From: Octopus sinensis
Lineage: Eukaryota
Direction of reading: 5' to 3'
DNA: 64,000 nucleotides
Assembly: GCF_006345805.1 (NCBI RefSeq)
Contig: NC_043003.1
Location: 82,460,001 to 82,524,000 of the forward strand
Shown: positions 49,023-62,969 of the stretch, in pieces
Layout: each line of letters opens with the position of its first letter
How positions within the stretch are numbered: position 1 is the stretch's first letter
Notes under the pieces: generated by a model
The model's input: only the letters and a program-made list of their open reading frames with translations
What the model was told of the DNA's origin: nothing
The model's database searches: none
Translations under genes and position numbers: made by a program

Positions 49023-51574
49023 TTTTAGGAAGGATAGCCTCATTTTATAAGGTTTAAATGTATTGTTGATAGTGTTACGACTTACAAATATCAAATACAG
49101 GTGACAGTACCACATTTTTATTGAGGGTCTCATCGACAGAATCGAACACAATGCATCTGGTGTGTACTGGTCTTGACGTAATCAATTTAACACAGTAAAG
49201 ACGTAGTTTTGTCATTAGTCAGAAAGATTGCATCGCACCAAGTCTACATGAAACGAGCATGCACTCACGATTATGTGTTAGATTACTGAGCGAAATTGTA
49301 CATTTTATTCTTGAGCAAACATTTATGTCACGTTATTCCAGTCAACTAAGCTATTAGCCCACTGACAGTGCAGTCGTCGCTTCCTGCTCGCACATCCTGG
49401 GTGTTCAACACGAAGTATAGTGCGTTTGGCAAAACATATGTTGTCTACGCCTTGTTGTCACTGAATGAGCACCCAAAACAAGTAACAAGAGCATGATACA
49501 TGCTTCCAAATCATACTCCTTGGCTATTAACGGCTAGCATATATATCTGGTATTTATTCAGATCAGCGAAATAATGCAAAAGATTATAGATAACATATAC
49601 AAGGTAGATTATGACCGGTGCCGTAATGTTTCTATGGCCAAAATTGCTGGATAACTCATTGGTATGTTAAAGTAATTATTTACATATGAATTATATCGAG
49701 AGCAATTACTTTGGTGAAAGCGAAAGGAAATCAATCTATAGTTTGATGCTAAGAGATTTGATTTTTGGACCTTAGGTTTTATTATGCCTAACTTATGTTA
49801 AATAGGAAAGATCCATGACATTATTAACTTATATAAAATTTACTGTTTGTATAGGTCGTCGTTTTCGTTGTTTAGTTCAAGGTTATTTTACGACGGGCCG
49901 TCAAATATGTGCTTATATTTTTACGTCAAGAGGGTTTGAATTACTAGAGATTTGCCTGCCAGTTCTAGCTGCTCGCCTGTATAAGAATGAATTGATAAAA
50001 ACGATACAGTCTCGGACTGGATGTTTGTAAGAGCCCAAACGACAATATATAACGTACAATGCAATACGATGTTTATTTTCAGAAGTGCATCTCATTTAAC
50101 TCATTGGGAAGATTCGTTAAAACAGTATGCATGTCATAAGTTAAACGAAACCAAAGTAACAGAGAGGTGTTCTTACGTAAACACAGCACAAACACACAGA
50201 CAACCACACACAACCTATTTTGTTAGATCTCCATTATATATCATTCATCTGTTAATAAACCAAGCAAGCATAATAGGTAATATGATGTAACCACGATATG
50301 CACACATAACAAAGAATTCATATCCTACACTCAATAACTTTTCTATACAATTATTGTGAAAGAGAAAGTTTACTCTAAGTGATATTCCATGAGTTACACA
50401 AATTTTAAATAGATTATGTTTCCAGAAAATCCAATTGATATAGTTGTGGAATGTCTGTAAATATATTAATTTATTGACTTATATATTTTCCAGACTAATA
50501 TATGATATAAACGACTATTTTGAAAACATATTCAAATGATTTCAAAAAATTATGGTTTCGTTTCGTTGGATGTTGGTATTACGCAGTCAGAAAAATTAAT
50601 GACATGAATATATTCTTTTCTTATTAAATAGAACATATATTTAATAAGTCAAATATTTAGCTTATTAAATTATGTTTAAAATTGTATGAATAGTAATTTG
50701 TAAGTTCTATATCATATTTATAATAAACTTTTTGTTATTGAAAATATGATTATGTTAGTTCATATATATATATACTAATACATACATACATATATGCATA
50801 CATACATACATACTTACATACATATATATATATATACAGACACACATTCTATTTGAATACATATATGTATGTATATATACATAGGTAAACAGTAAAAATA
50901 ATTACAGACATGGACAAGAACATGAAACACCACAGAGACGACACAAGAACCACAGGACGGGACATTCGAAGCCCTCAGTCATCAGTCAAGAACCAGATCA
51001 TCTTAGCAATTTCGGCTGATTAATCTTGAGATTGCTCCGATATGGCCAGCCCGCCAAGGGAAATCTAAGCCAAGCGCATTAGATCCCCTGGAAGAAAGCT
51101 TCGAATGTATACAACACGAGGACAGAAAACGAACGAAGTACACGAACAAAAATACAGAATACGTGACACCAATAAGAATACAAAAACGTAGAAACAATAA
51201 CGGTAAAAATAAAAAATAAACAACAGAACAAAACCAGGACGTAGGACAAGGGTCTTTCGACAGGACGAGTTGAGTATGGGGCTGGCTTGTGAAGTTGTGC
51301 CTAATGGCCGCGGGGAGACGAACAAATACGTGTTGCTTCTGCGACTGCTGAAACGAAAAGAGCGCTCAACAGCGGCTAGCGGTCACGTGAGAACAAAAGA
51401 CAGGAGAAAGGGACAGATGAAAAGAGAGAGAAGGTGGACGAGGGAGGAGAAGAAAGAGACAGATCGAGGGGGCTGGAGGTGAGAGAGATAGAGAAACGTA
51501 TATATATATATATATATATATATAACACCACACACACATATATATATACAAACATGCTATCATTATTATTATTA

Positions 51575-52285
51575 CTAAGGCAGCCAGCTGGTACAATTGC
51601 TAACGCGCCAGGCGAAAGGATTTGTGGCATTTTGTTCTCAGTTCAAATTCTGCCGAGGTCGACTTTGCCTTTTATCTTTTCGTGTACTGGGATAAATGCA
51701 ATGGACAAGTCCCCAAATTTCAGGCCTTGTGTCTATAGTACAAAGGATTATTAATGTGGTGAGATGTATCAGTCGAACACCGGCATCGATGTAATCAACT
51801 ACCAACATCCTTACAAATTTTAAGGCCTTGTGCCTATCGTTGAAGGGTTTATTATTATCATTATTATTATTAATAATAATAATAATAAGGCGACGAGCTG
51901 GCAGAATCGTTAGCGCGCCGAGCGAAATGCTTAGCTGTGCTTCGTCTGCCGCTGCGTTCTGAGTTAAATTTCCGCCGAGGTCAACTTTGCCTTTCATCCT
52001 TTCGGGGTAATTAAATAAGTACCAGTTACGCACTGGGGTCGATATAATCGACTTAATCCGTTTGTCTGTCCTTGTTTGTCCCCTCTGTGTGTAGCCTTGT
52101 CGGCAGTAAAGAAATAGTTATTTCGCCTGCCGCTACTATGTGAGTTCAAATTTCGCCGAGGTCGACTTTGCCTTTCATCCTTTCCTGGTCAGTACGAGAA
52201 GTACCAGTTGATTACAGAGGTCGATATAATTTATTTAGCCCTCTCCTTCGAAATTGTTGGTCTTGTGCCAACATTTGAAACCATT
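51575..52285 (+). mobile_element. Cluster of SINE family A copies (degenerate, full and partial)
   Basis: The segment gagttcaaatt.cgccgaggtcgactttgcctttcatcc recurs; full copy at 51887-52115. Confidence 0.8.
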
Positions 52286-53660
52286 ATTTTTATTATTGTT
52301 TATATTACTCAGGTTTGTACTTATTCCTGGTAGAATTTATGTGGGTAGCAGATTACTACCTGTAACCTTAGGTCTCCTGAATCTTTCAACATTCATTCGA
52401 GTGATTAAAATCCTCCCGATAATCTTTCCAGCCCCTCAGAAGCAAACTTTCTGTAGAAACTTTGCAAAGACAGTCTATTCCAATCTGCTGTAACCATTTC
52501 TCTATGTATGCTTACAGTCCCCAAGAGCCCCAATTTTTATAGGCAGAGTTTTCATATTCCAAATTCTTACAATGTCAAATTTTAAGGGATTTATTCTTTT
52601 GCTTTTCGTCTTCTTTCTTTACGTTTCTGCAATCAAACACACACAATGGATCAATTAACCAACTATCTATTAAACTGATATAATTGAGATGCGCACTACA
52701 TTTTGTTCTGCATCTCTTAGTAATCATCATTATTTATACTTTGATTTAAGTTCTAGTTTTTGCTTCTGTTGCTATTTTCGTGTTTATTCTGGTGTGCAAA
52801 TTATGTGCAGTGTTTGTGTATTGTTTTGCTGGGTGGTGAATATAGCAGGCATGACACGAGGCTCGGCCTAAATGTTCCAGTGTCAGATCATTATAATATG
52901 CATATGTAAAGTTTGATTTGTGAGGCGTTGTCAATGCACTTGAGTGGTGTTAGAATGTTTAGTGTGGTTTCGGCGTTATAAAGTATGTTTGTTATCTCTC
53001 GCCACTTTCCAAACTTAGCTGTTCTATTATGTTTCCATAATTAAGTTACTCGACATAAGAGGCCGGTAGAATAAGAATCAGGACTAAAAATAAAACGTAC
53101 GTACTGGTGTTAACATTCGACTAATCACTTCAAAGCAATGCTTTAACATGACAGCAGTCCAATGAATGAGAAAAATAAACGAGCATAAAGGAAACTATAT
53201 CCTAACTTTTTTTGTGTATAAATAGTTCTCCCCTTTTTAACATTTGAACAATTTTTCTTTAGTCTGTAATGGATAAATCTTTAAAATATTAGCACTTGTT
53301 TATTATAAAGAGAAGCAGCCGCTTGCACCAGCACCAATGTTCAAAAAGATGAGAGTAAATAGAATGAGAAATGTTGATAACAGATTCTAAAATTTGGTAA
53401 GGAACCCATAACAAAATCAAAATAAAGTGAAATAGAGATATAAAAGATGTTTTTCCCATACACACTTGCATATATACATACACAACGTCAACAATATATG
53501 AATATGTACTATATATATGTATGTGTATATATATAAATATGTGTGTGTATACATATAGGGATGTATGTGTATACATCCATAATGTGTATGTTCACATAGA
53601 AATGTATGTGAACTCACACATGGATGTGACTGTGCATTTTGTAGGTATATATTCATATAT

Positions 53661-53704
<44 letters not shown>

Positions 53705-54629
53705 CGCTCGCATATATGTATTTATACATGCAGACAAAACACAAGCTCACATACACTCACATTCAAACACACACAGAGACAGACATATGTATATATATCA
53801 TAATATAATAATGACATTATATTTTTAAATTTTGGACTTATTAATAAACTGCACTATTACAATCATAGATGCAGAAATTTTAAATTACCTTTAAACTTTA
53901 AGCCAATAGATAGGAAAAATAAATATGATAAATTCTTTGCAAATAGAAAATGAAACCAATTACATTATGGTATTGTGTACATTTATATAATTGAGATTTA
54001 ATAATAAACTAAATAGAAACGTACGAATTTTTCGAAAAAATTTTTTAGGAACCGAAAATTATTTCGTGTAGAATTTCGTTTGATATAAGTCATATATCCG
54101 AAAATTAATTACCTACATTGTGTATGCAACATACATTTTACACACGCGCCTTCCTATTCATAGCTATTTGTCTGAACGGAAGTTTTCATTTGATGAAATC
54201 TCTTGAAAACGAAATATAATACTTTTGCCTGAGTTCTGAGTTCTCACTTCGATGTTTGAAGACACAGAGTCTAAAAGTCAGTAATTATTGAAATTTCATT
54301 CTATTCTTTCTATATTTAGCGTCAGCAGTATCTAAAACCTCATCCCCAAACACCCCTTAATCAGGGTATTTATGAAAGATCAGTTAATATATCTACACGA
54401 AATTAAAATATATATTGAGAATGAATTTCGAATATCATCTGATGCATCAGTGGTTCTATTACTACGTTTATCAAGTGAGTCAGTTTTATACATTGACCCA
54501 GATCCAGATTAATAAACTTAATATATATTAAAGCAAATCAAGTACTTTTCTTCAAGTTCAGAAGATATTTCCACCCCAACAGCGACGTACTCAGACATTC
54601 TAACAAATTTTAGATTTTGCTCCACAAGC

Positions 54630-54900
54630 ACTTTATCTCATTTCTCTATCATGTTTTATCGCTATTGTAATGGTCTCTGAAACACGGAAACTACATGATC
54701 TCGTACCTCCTCCATTCAGACATCCAACACTCGTCGAATCTCCACCTTCGGGTCCAAATGTTACGTTCAGTCCCTCTCTTCCGGTCCACTAAACACTTAT
54801 GCCAGTCTTTCTTTCTTAGATCGTTCCTAATGGAATGTTCTCACACCTAACCATTCCTGCAACGTTTAAACGGAACATCAATCTCAACTGTTTCGGAGGG
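54630..54900 (+). mobile_element. Ancient LINE (L2/Jockey-like) RT 3' relic
   Basis: MFYRYCNG...HDLVPPP...WNVL...FKRNINL spread across frameshifts. Confidence 0.45.
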
Positions 54901-55190
54901 CCTGTACGTGTTATTAGCATTGCTCTTTCAGCTAGACTCAAGAAGCAATATATATATTCTCCAGATACTACTTCAATAACAACAGGGTCTGATAGACGCA
55001 CAATGTAATAACATGACTTTGATGTAAGTCTCATGTAGTGCCTCTCCAATGCCCAAAACCGCATATATTACCTAAGTTTTCTTTTATAAATTTTACGTAA
55101 ACTGGCGTTGCCTATGGTGATGGCACCGAAACATGTGTAGCTAATAATCAAAGATGAGATAAAGACTTTTTTGTGTCTTCTTTGCAATGG

Positions 55191-55224
<34 letters not shown>

Positions 55225-55229
<5 letters not shown>

Positions 55230-55402
55230 GAGAATTCACGAAAAAAAAAACAAAGATAGGTGGTGTAGAAAACAAACAGATGTATTAGTATAACGCTCAG
55301 GAATTGAAAAAGTCTTTTACGTTTCGAGCCTACGCTCTTCTACAGAAAGGAACACAGAAAGAAACAAGGAGAGAAAAAAATGTCTGTGGTGGCTACCGAT
55401 TT

Positions 55403-55410
<8 letters not shown>
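55225..55410 (-). mobile_element. Solo ~185-bp PLE-type pseudo-LTR embedded in (TA)n
   Basis: Shares acgctcagga and the HHR hairpin with the 11.6 kb and 44.9 kb arms; TA repeats on both sides. Confidence 0.7.
55314..55349 (-). ncRNA. Minimal hammerhead-like motif (CTGTAGA core variant)
   Basis: CTTT-CTGTAGA-a-GAGC(gtag)GCTC-GAAAC-GTA-AAAG; perfect stems I and II. Confidence 0.6.
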
Positions 55411-55447
<37 letters not shown>

Positions 55448-58400
55448 CCGTGCAGCACGGAATTTTTTTAGTGAACAGGTCAATGTCTCAAAGCAACGAA
55501 AATATTTTATCAAGTTAAATTTAAATGTTGAAGTGAATCTAACGGATTTTGTGTGTTTCTTAAATAGCTTACAAACACCTTCCACGCTGCAATTGTTTTC
55601 ATTCAGGCACACGATCTCAGATCATGCCACTTGCTATGCAAGTCTATCTCGGTTATATATATATATATATATATATATAATCTTAAATGATATGAATAGA
55701 AAAGAATATTCATAAAACTTATGATATACAGTACGCTTATGTTTGCTGCTACAATTCAGAAATTACGTGAAAATGTTTAATTTTATTAAGACGAATTAAG
55801 TGACGTTATTTACTTCAACAAAACAAAATTTTATCACTAAACTTAAAATTCTTATCATTAGCTATATTGTTGTCAGTCGCAATAAATAAAATAAAAGCAA
55901 AGTGGGAAGGAAAACCAATTTAACATGATGATATGCTATACCAACTTGAGGTAATTATTCATTAGAATGATAAGTAATTGTATTGGTAGCAGACAAACAA
56001 TGGCATCACCGAAATACGGAAATATTAGGGAATGATGTAATGAAGTGAAAGAAGGTTCAATAAGCTTCGCAGATAGAGAAAGTAGCCTAGAATTGGGGAA
56101 AGAGAAATAAAATATCTCAGTATATTTTGTGTGAAGTCACAAATCAAGTATGATCACATATACTTAAATATATTATATCCATGACTATTCTGCTCATTTT
56201 GTTTTTTACACATAATTCATATGGGACCACACATTCAGATTATGTTCACTTTTAACAGATTAGGATATGATATGGTGATTTGCCTACTTTTTCTAGCAGC
56301 TCCGATGACTACATAGAGGCTTCTCTCCTCGCTTTTGAGAAAATAAACGTATTAGAATCGAACTTGTGTCGCAGACTCGACCTAGAGGAATACAATAACT
56401 CTGCAACTGAATACGTCTAAGCACAGAACTGGAATTTTTTGTTAACTACAATTCCCTTAGAATTGGCAAACAAAATAAACAAAATACTATTTTCTCTTTT
56501 CTGCAATGAATTAACATTCGTAGCCTGACAGTAAACAATTGCTAACTATATTAATAAAGGTATTATTGCATAATGACGATCCAATATCTAGCTAATATAG
56601 TCATCTGATATTTGTACACACCCCTGGGGAAACAAATTTACATTTGTATTGCTTAACGATTCACGAAAGGAATCATCTACCACTTCAATATATACACAAT
56701 GAACAATATAGAAGTAGATACATCCATTATACAATTACAGTTACCAGGTTGTTATTGCAAAATTCTATTTAATGTACAGATGATAATTATTGTAAATATG
56801 TGTTCAGCGCATTTGACCTCAAAGCTCCTTGTATCAAGTATAACCCAACATTGTGGACTGTGTAAATATAATTAAGATACACATGGTTTATGGTGTAGGA
56901 ATGACAGAGAAATCGATGATTGTAACATTGGGAATTTATATTTTACACTTTATGAAATTCGGATCATTTCTCATATCATCCATGAGTTATGATATTCTAG
57001 AGCAAAGCGAATGTAGTTGCCGGTCGGTATTTAATCATTCATTCAAATACATCTTGCGCATGTGATGTAAACTAAAATATAAAATTGTTCGGAGACATAG
57101 TAACTGAATAGAAATAGGAAAATTTGTTTAACTTAACAGCACTTTGTAGCTTTACATTTTGTGTGATATTTATGTATATCGCCCCAGGCGTGTATAAAAG
57201 ATTCGATCATGAGAAAGTTAATTCAATTGTTCAGAATTGTTATTTCAGACTATTCCTGGATTCAATAGCTCTCGGGCTTCAATACTGTCGTGAAATAAAA
57301 CTTATGTTTTGACTGAATATAAAAATGTCCGCACAGAAGTAGAATTGTAAAGAAATTTTAAGTGTTACGAAAATAATATAACATTGAAATTATTAGAATA
57401 GCCTAATTATATATTTGTTGTATTGCATTGATATTAGAAAACGAGAAAGTCTTTTAACTTAATACTCTCAAAAATTTTAGTCACGCATGTTAACAAATCT
57501 CAGTAATAATATTTTTGTAGTGAACCCTTTTTCCGCGAAATAACCGGAATATTTCAAACACCGGTTGCTATATTACCTAATTCACAGACACTATATTATT
57601 GTTAAGTAAATTATGACTGCACATTAAATAAACACAGAATACGCAAATAAACATTAGATCAAGTACGTTTTAATATCGAGATAATTTTTTACTTGGGAAA
57701 ATCAATATAACTTGCAACCAGCAGATTTAACAATGCATCAGGAAAAGGGAAAATATCTGATACATTTAATACATTACAGCATTGAACAATATATCTCATC
57801 AGGAGCGACCTAATAACCTGAGACAAAATGAGAAAAACTCAAGCAATCAATATATATCTAGACAATTCTCTTCAGTGATCACTGTTCTGAACTAGCGATG
57901 TTGACTCTAAACAATTACATTACACTAAAACTGATTGCTTCATCTCTTAATTAATCAGATATGGTAAAGATATAGTGCGTCCTCAACTTGCAAATCCATC
58001 TAAGATGAAAAATTGCTGTGTGTACAACAAGAGTGAATTACCGGCTCAGTTCAAGTCATTTAGTCATCATGTCAGCAATAGATATATAGTAGTACAACAG
58101 CCTATGCTATATATCCATAATATCTGTAGTACTGTATTGTAGTAAATTATACTACATAGTCTTTACAAGTATTATAAATCTGCGCTAAATAATGATATGT
58201 CAACTACCACGTATTGTGATTATCTAACCGTTACAATGATAGGATACATAAATAAAATTTAGAGTGGTACAAGATTGGTGTCTAAATTCCCTATTAAATT
58301 AAATGTAAACAATTAAATATTATCAAATTTCGACCTACTGAAATAATCGACAATGTATAGTTTGATCTGATGAAGGAACCTCTTTTGTTTACCATAGTTT

Positions 58401-58680
58401 GACGCTCAGGAAAAATGGAAGCTTTTGATGTTTGTAGCCAACAGTGTTCTTCAGAGAAGTGAGGAAGGGAGTTGAAGTGTGGGTGCAATGTATGGATTGG
58501 GAAGGCGTGCGTATGAGTGTGTGCATGTATGTAGGTGCAAGTATTTTCTATAGGGGCATAACGGTATGTGGGGTATGGAGTGTGTGTAATGAATGTACCG
58601 GTGTAGAGAATGTATATGAGGGTAGAAGAGGAGGGTCACTGGAATGTAGGAGGTGTTGGTGTTTAAATGGTTGTTGAGTT
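58401..58680 (-). mobile_element. Decayed pseudo-LTR of the same PLE-type family with TG-rich body
   Basis: gacgctcaggaaaaatggaagc; remnant core CTGAAGA at 58448-58454 (minus strand). Confidence 0.45.
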
Positions 58681-58790
58681 TAGATGAAGTGAATAATTGT
58701 GACCATGAGGGACTCAGAAATGTGTCTATATATATGAGTGTATATACCTACTTAACTCTCTGTGTGGCTGTGTGGTAAGTAGGTTATTTA

Positions 58791-58859
<69 letters not shown>

Positions 58860-60369
58860 ATGTATACACCACACACACCCATATATATATATAAGCAAAG
58901 TATCTAGTTGTAAAATCAGTTGTCTGTAAATCCGCAAGGTAGCTAACATAATTGGTCCAATTAACGTTATAACCCCTGTTATGTTTTTCCTTTTCATGGA
59001 AATGTTCCCATAGTATTCTTTGTGCTGGAAGTTGATTATGCATTCATTAGCAGAAATGCTGCTTGTTTTCATCCACGTTTAATTTGTCCTGAAGATGGTG
59101 ATGTATATCGTTTTACTACCAGCATCATTTCACTGTGGGATTACATTTTGGATTTTATGTATGTCTCCACTGCGGAGTGATATAATTCACATTTATGTTT
59201 ACATTTTGGGGTTTTAAGCGCTTCTCTTCTCCGTCTGAACAAGAATCTTTCGAACCTATGTATTGCGCTTGGACTATAAATGCAAGTCTCCAAGTGATGA
59301 GGTGATCAAATGGTCACAAGTCTAATAGATTATAACTATGTTACAATTATGATCATCCTGTGTTTATAGAAAACATATCTATACTTAAAACTTCTGTGGA
59401 ATACTGATTGTATCAGTTCGAAAATTATTTTGAAGAAAATGAGATTGACAGAGTTCATAGTAAAATACCTTTACAGAAAATCCAACAAACTTTAGTGGAA
59501 GCTTTATTGATAACAAAATACAAACCAAAAATCGATAAAGAGATACCTCAAACAGGAAATAAATTATCGAATATACAATGAGACAAAATCTACATAGGAG
59601 ATTTCAAAAAAGGCATTGACAACATTACGAATATTAAATAACATCAACCTCGACTTTTGTAAGATTCTCCAAACTACGTGAACATCACAACAATGTCGAT
59701 TTCAGTTCAATCTGATGAAAAAACTGGGAAGTTGTCGAAGTTTTCAAATGTACATTGATTAGCTATTTTAGAAAATCTACTGTGCTAAGTCTATGCATAA
59801 AGGATATCTTTGATCCTTAAACTAGAACATAGTCCTTTCTTAGATAGATATACGTATACATATTATTGTAGCAGAATATAGTCGAGATGTATGGTATGTG
59901 GAATAGATGGACTACTTTACAAAATTTCTTGAACTCTATCGAAATAGACTTCAAGCTCTAACTCCGCACATTTCCTACACATATCTACAGCTTCGATGAA
60001 GCCATTAACAAGCTCCAAAAAGTCATTTCTCGTACTCTAAGAGAGGATAGGTACGTAATTTTCCTCCACAATACTGCACCTGCTATACTTCCAACCGACA
60101 TCACTTCTTATTCTTCTTCCTCCTCCCTCATTTTCTCCTTCTTCCCCTACTTATTTTACCTCTTCCTTCTCCTTTTCGTTTTCCACTCCTTTTGCTTCTT
60201 CCACTTCGTCTTCCTCTTTTTTCTTCTACTTACCTCTACCGATTCCACCTTATACCAACAAACAGTCACGAAGCGTTGGCCATAATCGGAAGCAACATAT
60301 ATATCTCGTATGATAGCATGGTATTGAAACTGATCTTAGGTTTGCCGATAAGATTAAGCCTGTGAGATC

Positions 60370-60720
60370 TCTTGACTGTCACATATATAGGCCAGCTAGA
60401 GTACAGGGATCTTAGCTACAACTACACTAGAATCTTCGTCTCTAAAAATGTGAATAAATTCCTAATACCGATTTCTTCTCGAAAGGAAGCCGTCAACATG
60501 TATCAAAAATTCAACACCGTTGAGGACCACATTAAATTTGAGGCGCCCCACCCACCAATTACACCAAATCTCCTTTCTGCTCAATCCCCAATTCAATATT
60601 TAGGAAGGGAGATCCACATACAACAGTTTCTGCAGGAAAACGAGAAGCAGTGACCTATTTGTGGACTACAAATTGGCTTTTCACACCAGAGCTGAACCGC
60701 TTACGTAAAAAACTAAATTT
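60370..60720 (+). pseudogene. Probable Penelope RT relic
   Basis: YQKFNTVEDHIKFE resembles the FN..H..IKFT.E motif of PLE RTs; otherwise decayed. Confidence 0.35.
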
Positions 60721-61171
60721 CCCTGTCAGAGATGTGCAGCTGATAAACTCGCCAATATCAAACAATTCCAAAGAGTTCTGTTAAATAACAACTACTACAC
60801 CCCATTTTTCATTTTTAGTTAATTAATGTGTTATACAGTGCTGCACTGTATAACACATTAATTAATATATATTAGAAGAAAATACGTAGCGTAACGTAGA
60901 TAAGTAAACAAGGAGTTGCACATACTGTTATGGAAAACGAAACTCGGGAGGTGAGTGTGTGATGTTGATCTGCATTTGTAATAAAATAAATATATACAAA
61001 TTATGAAGCTATTTTTAAAATATATGCAGTAATGTTTCTACTTCGCGGGATTTTGGAACGTAACACCCATGATAGTCGAGGGATTGCTGTATACTTTTAA
61101 ATGTGTTCATTATTTACAGTAAATTTTGTAGGAAGTGATTTTATAACTAAATAAATTATAATAGAGTATAT

Positions 61172-61390
61172 GGCGTAGTGGTTAAGAGAGCGGGCTACTA
61201 ACCCCAAGATTTCGAGTTCGATTCCAGGCAGTAACCTGAATAATAATGACATCGAAAAATACATAAGCAATGAGAACCCAGGTTCGAAATTTCCCCAAGA
61301 CAACTGATGAAGGCTGGAGGGTATATCAGCCGAAACGTTGTGTTAACAACAAACAAGACGAGGACAAATATCCGTCAAGTGTAAATAATG
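61172..61390 (+). mobile_element. tRNA-derived SINE containing a minimal hammerhead motif
   Basis: A box TGGCGTAGTGG, B box GAGTTCGATTC, then linker and HHR. A second copy lies at 6476-6794. Confidence 0.85.
61299..61344 (+). ncRNA. Minimal type I hammerhead motif
   Basis: GACAA-CTGATGA-a-GGCTG(gagggtatat)CAGCC-GAAAC-GTT-GTGTT. The other copy has GACAC, which completes stem I. Confidence 0.72.
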
Positions 61391-61440
61391 CTGAGAAAAT
61401 GTTTATTAGAAAAATACCTGATGGACAAAATTAGAGAATA

Positions 61441-62500
61441 AATGGTGTAAACTTCAAAAAGACACTTCGACCAATGCAAACTGAGCTGACCTAACAGTGC
61501 AAAAATGTATATTGAATAGTAGTGAATTACCAACCATAGAAATCCAACATAAAGTTGATGAAAGCCTCAGGAAGCGAGTGGTCAGACTGAAAAAAGGAGA
61601 AATGGTAATTTCCAATATTGCCAGAGATAAATTAAAGAGTGTTGTCAAAAATCCTCAAGCTTTATGAAGAGACAAGCTCATTTGCGTCATTAGAAAAATG
61701 AGGAAGACCACGGAAGACAAGTGTTTGGCAATACCTTTTCGATGCTGCTGTAAGAATTTCTCGCCAAGTAAATCGTGATTATGGAATGAATGTGTCTCGG
61801 AATATTGGGATTTGTCGTTTGAAGGAAGTTGGACTTAATGCCCGTTCCCCCACCACTAAACCTCTCATCAGTATGAAGAACCGAAAATTGAGGTTAGTCT
61901 TTGCCAATGAGCACTACATTAGAAGGACGGTAACTGGTCGCATGTGTTCATCATTGATGAAAGCAAATTCAATTTGTTTGGTTCCGATGGTAGACAATAT
62001 GAGAGACGTTGTAAAAGAGAAATATTGCTCCTTAGATGCATGGAGAAATGAGTGAAGATTCGATGTAGGTGTTTGTGTAGGGAATGATTTCTGTAGCAGG
62101 TGTTGGGCCTTTGATCCGGATCCATGGTAATCTGAATGCAGCCATATAGAAAAATATCGTTCTACAATATGTCCCAGCTCTTAAGTCATCGCCAGCTCGT
62201 CAGCCAATCTTTATGCACGAAAATGCGCAATGCCACAGTGCTAAAATAGTTAAGGCAGTGTTTAAAGCTGAAAACATTACTGAGATGGGTTGGCCAGCTC
62301 AGAGTCCTGACCTTAATCCCATTGAAAACTTATGGAAGATACTTGGTGATAAGATAAGAGAGCACCGACCTGCGAATGTTACGACTTTGTAGTAAAAACA
62401 CCTGGAAGAATGGAGTAAAACTAGGTCAGAACAATGTAAGTGGTCAAATTCTGTGGATGAAGATGTTTTGAAGTCATTGAAAATAATGGAATGTATACAT
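61441..62500 (+). mobile_element. Degenerate Tc1 (DD34E-type) transposon
   Basis: HVFIIDESKFNLFGSDG, GVGPLIRIHGNLNA, IFMHENAQCH, WPAQSPDLNPIENLWK. TIRs not located. Confidence 0.85.
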
Positions 62501-62550
62501 CTTATTAATATGTTGGTGTGGATTTTGATTTCTTGAATTTTGTCACACGT

Positions 62551-62773
62551 TACTCTTTACTCTTTTACTCTTTTACTTGTTTCAGTCATTTGACTGCGGC
62601 CATGCTGGAGCACCGCCTTTAATCGAGCAACTCGATCCCGGGACTTATTCTTTTGTAAGTCCAGTACTTATTCTATCGGTCTATTTTGCCGAACCGCTAA
62701 GTAACGGGGACATAAACACACCATCGGTTGTCATGCAATGCTAGGGGGACAAACACAGACACACAAACACACA

Positions 62774-62805
<32 letters not shown>

Positions 62806-62969
62806 CGACGGGATTCTTTCAGTTTCCGTCTACCAAATCCGCTCATAAGGCTTTGGTCGGCCCGAGGCTATAGTAGAAGACACTTGCCGAAGGTGCCACG
62901 CAGTGGGACTGAACCCGGAACCATGTGGTTGGTAAACAAGCTACTTACCACACAGCCACTCCTGCACCT
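62551..62969 (-). mobile_element. SINE family B, full length
   Basis: Reverse complement of 17651-18036. Confidence 0.9.

Noticed and set aside
50955-50995. CTGATGA...GAATGTC in an interspersed-repeat-like segment (50890-51270)
   Set aside because: Stem II cannot be formed and GAAA is incomplete; a decayed HHR is possible but unsupported.
59085-59130. CTGAAGA-tggt...acca hairpin
   Set aside because: Lacks GAAA and a cleavage triplet after the stem.
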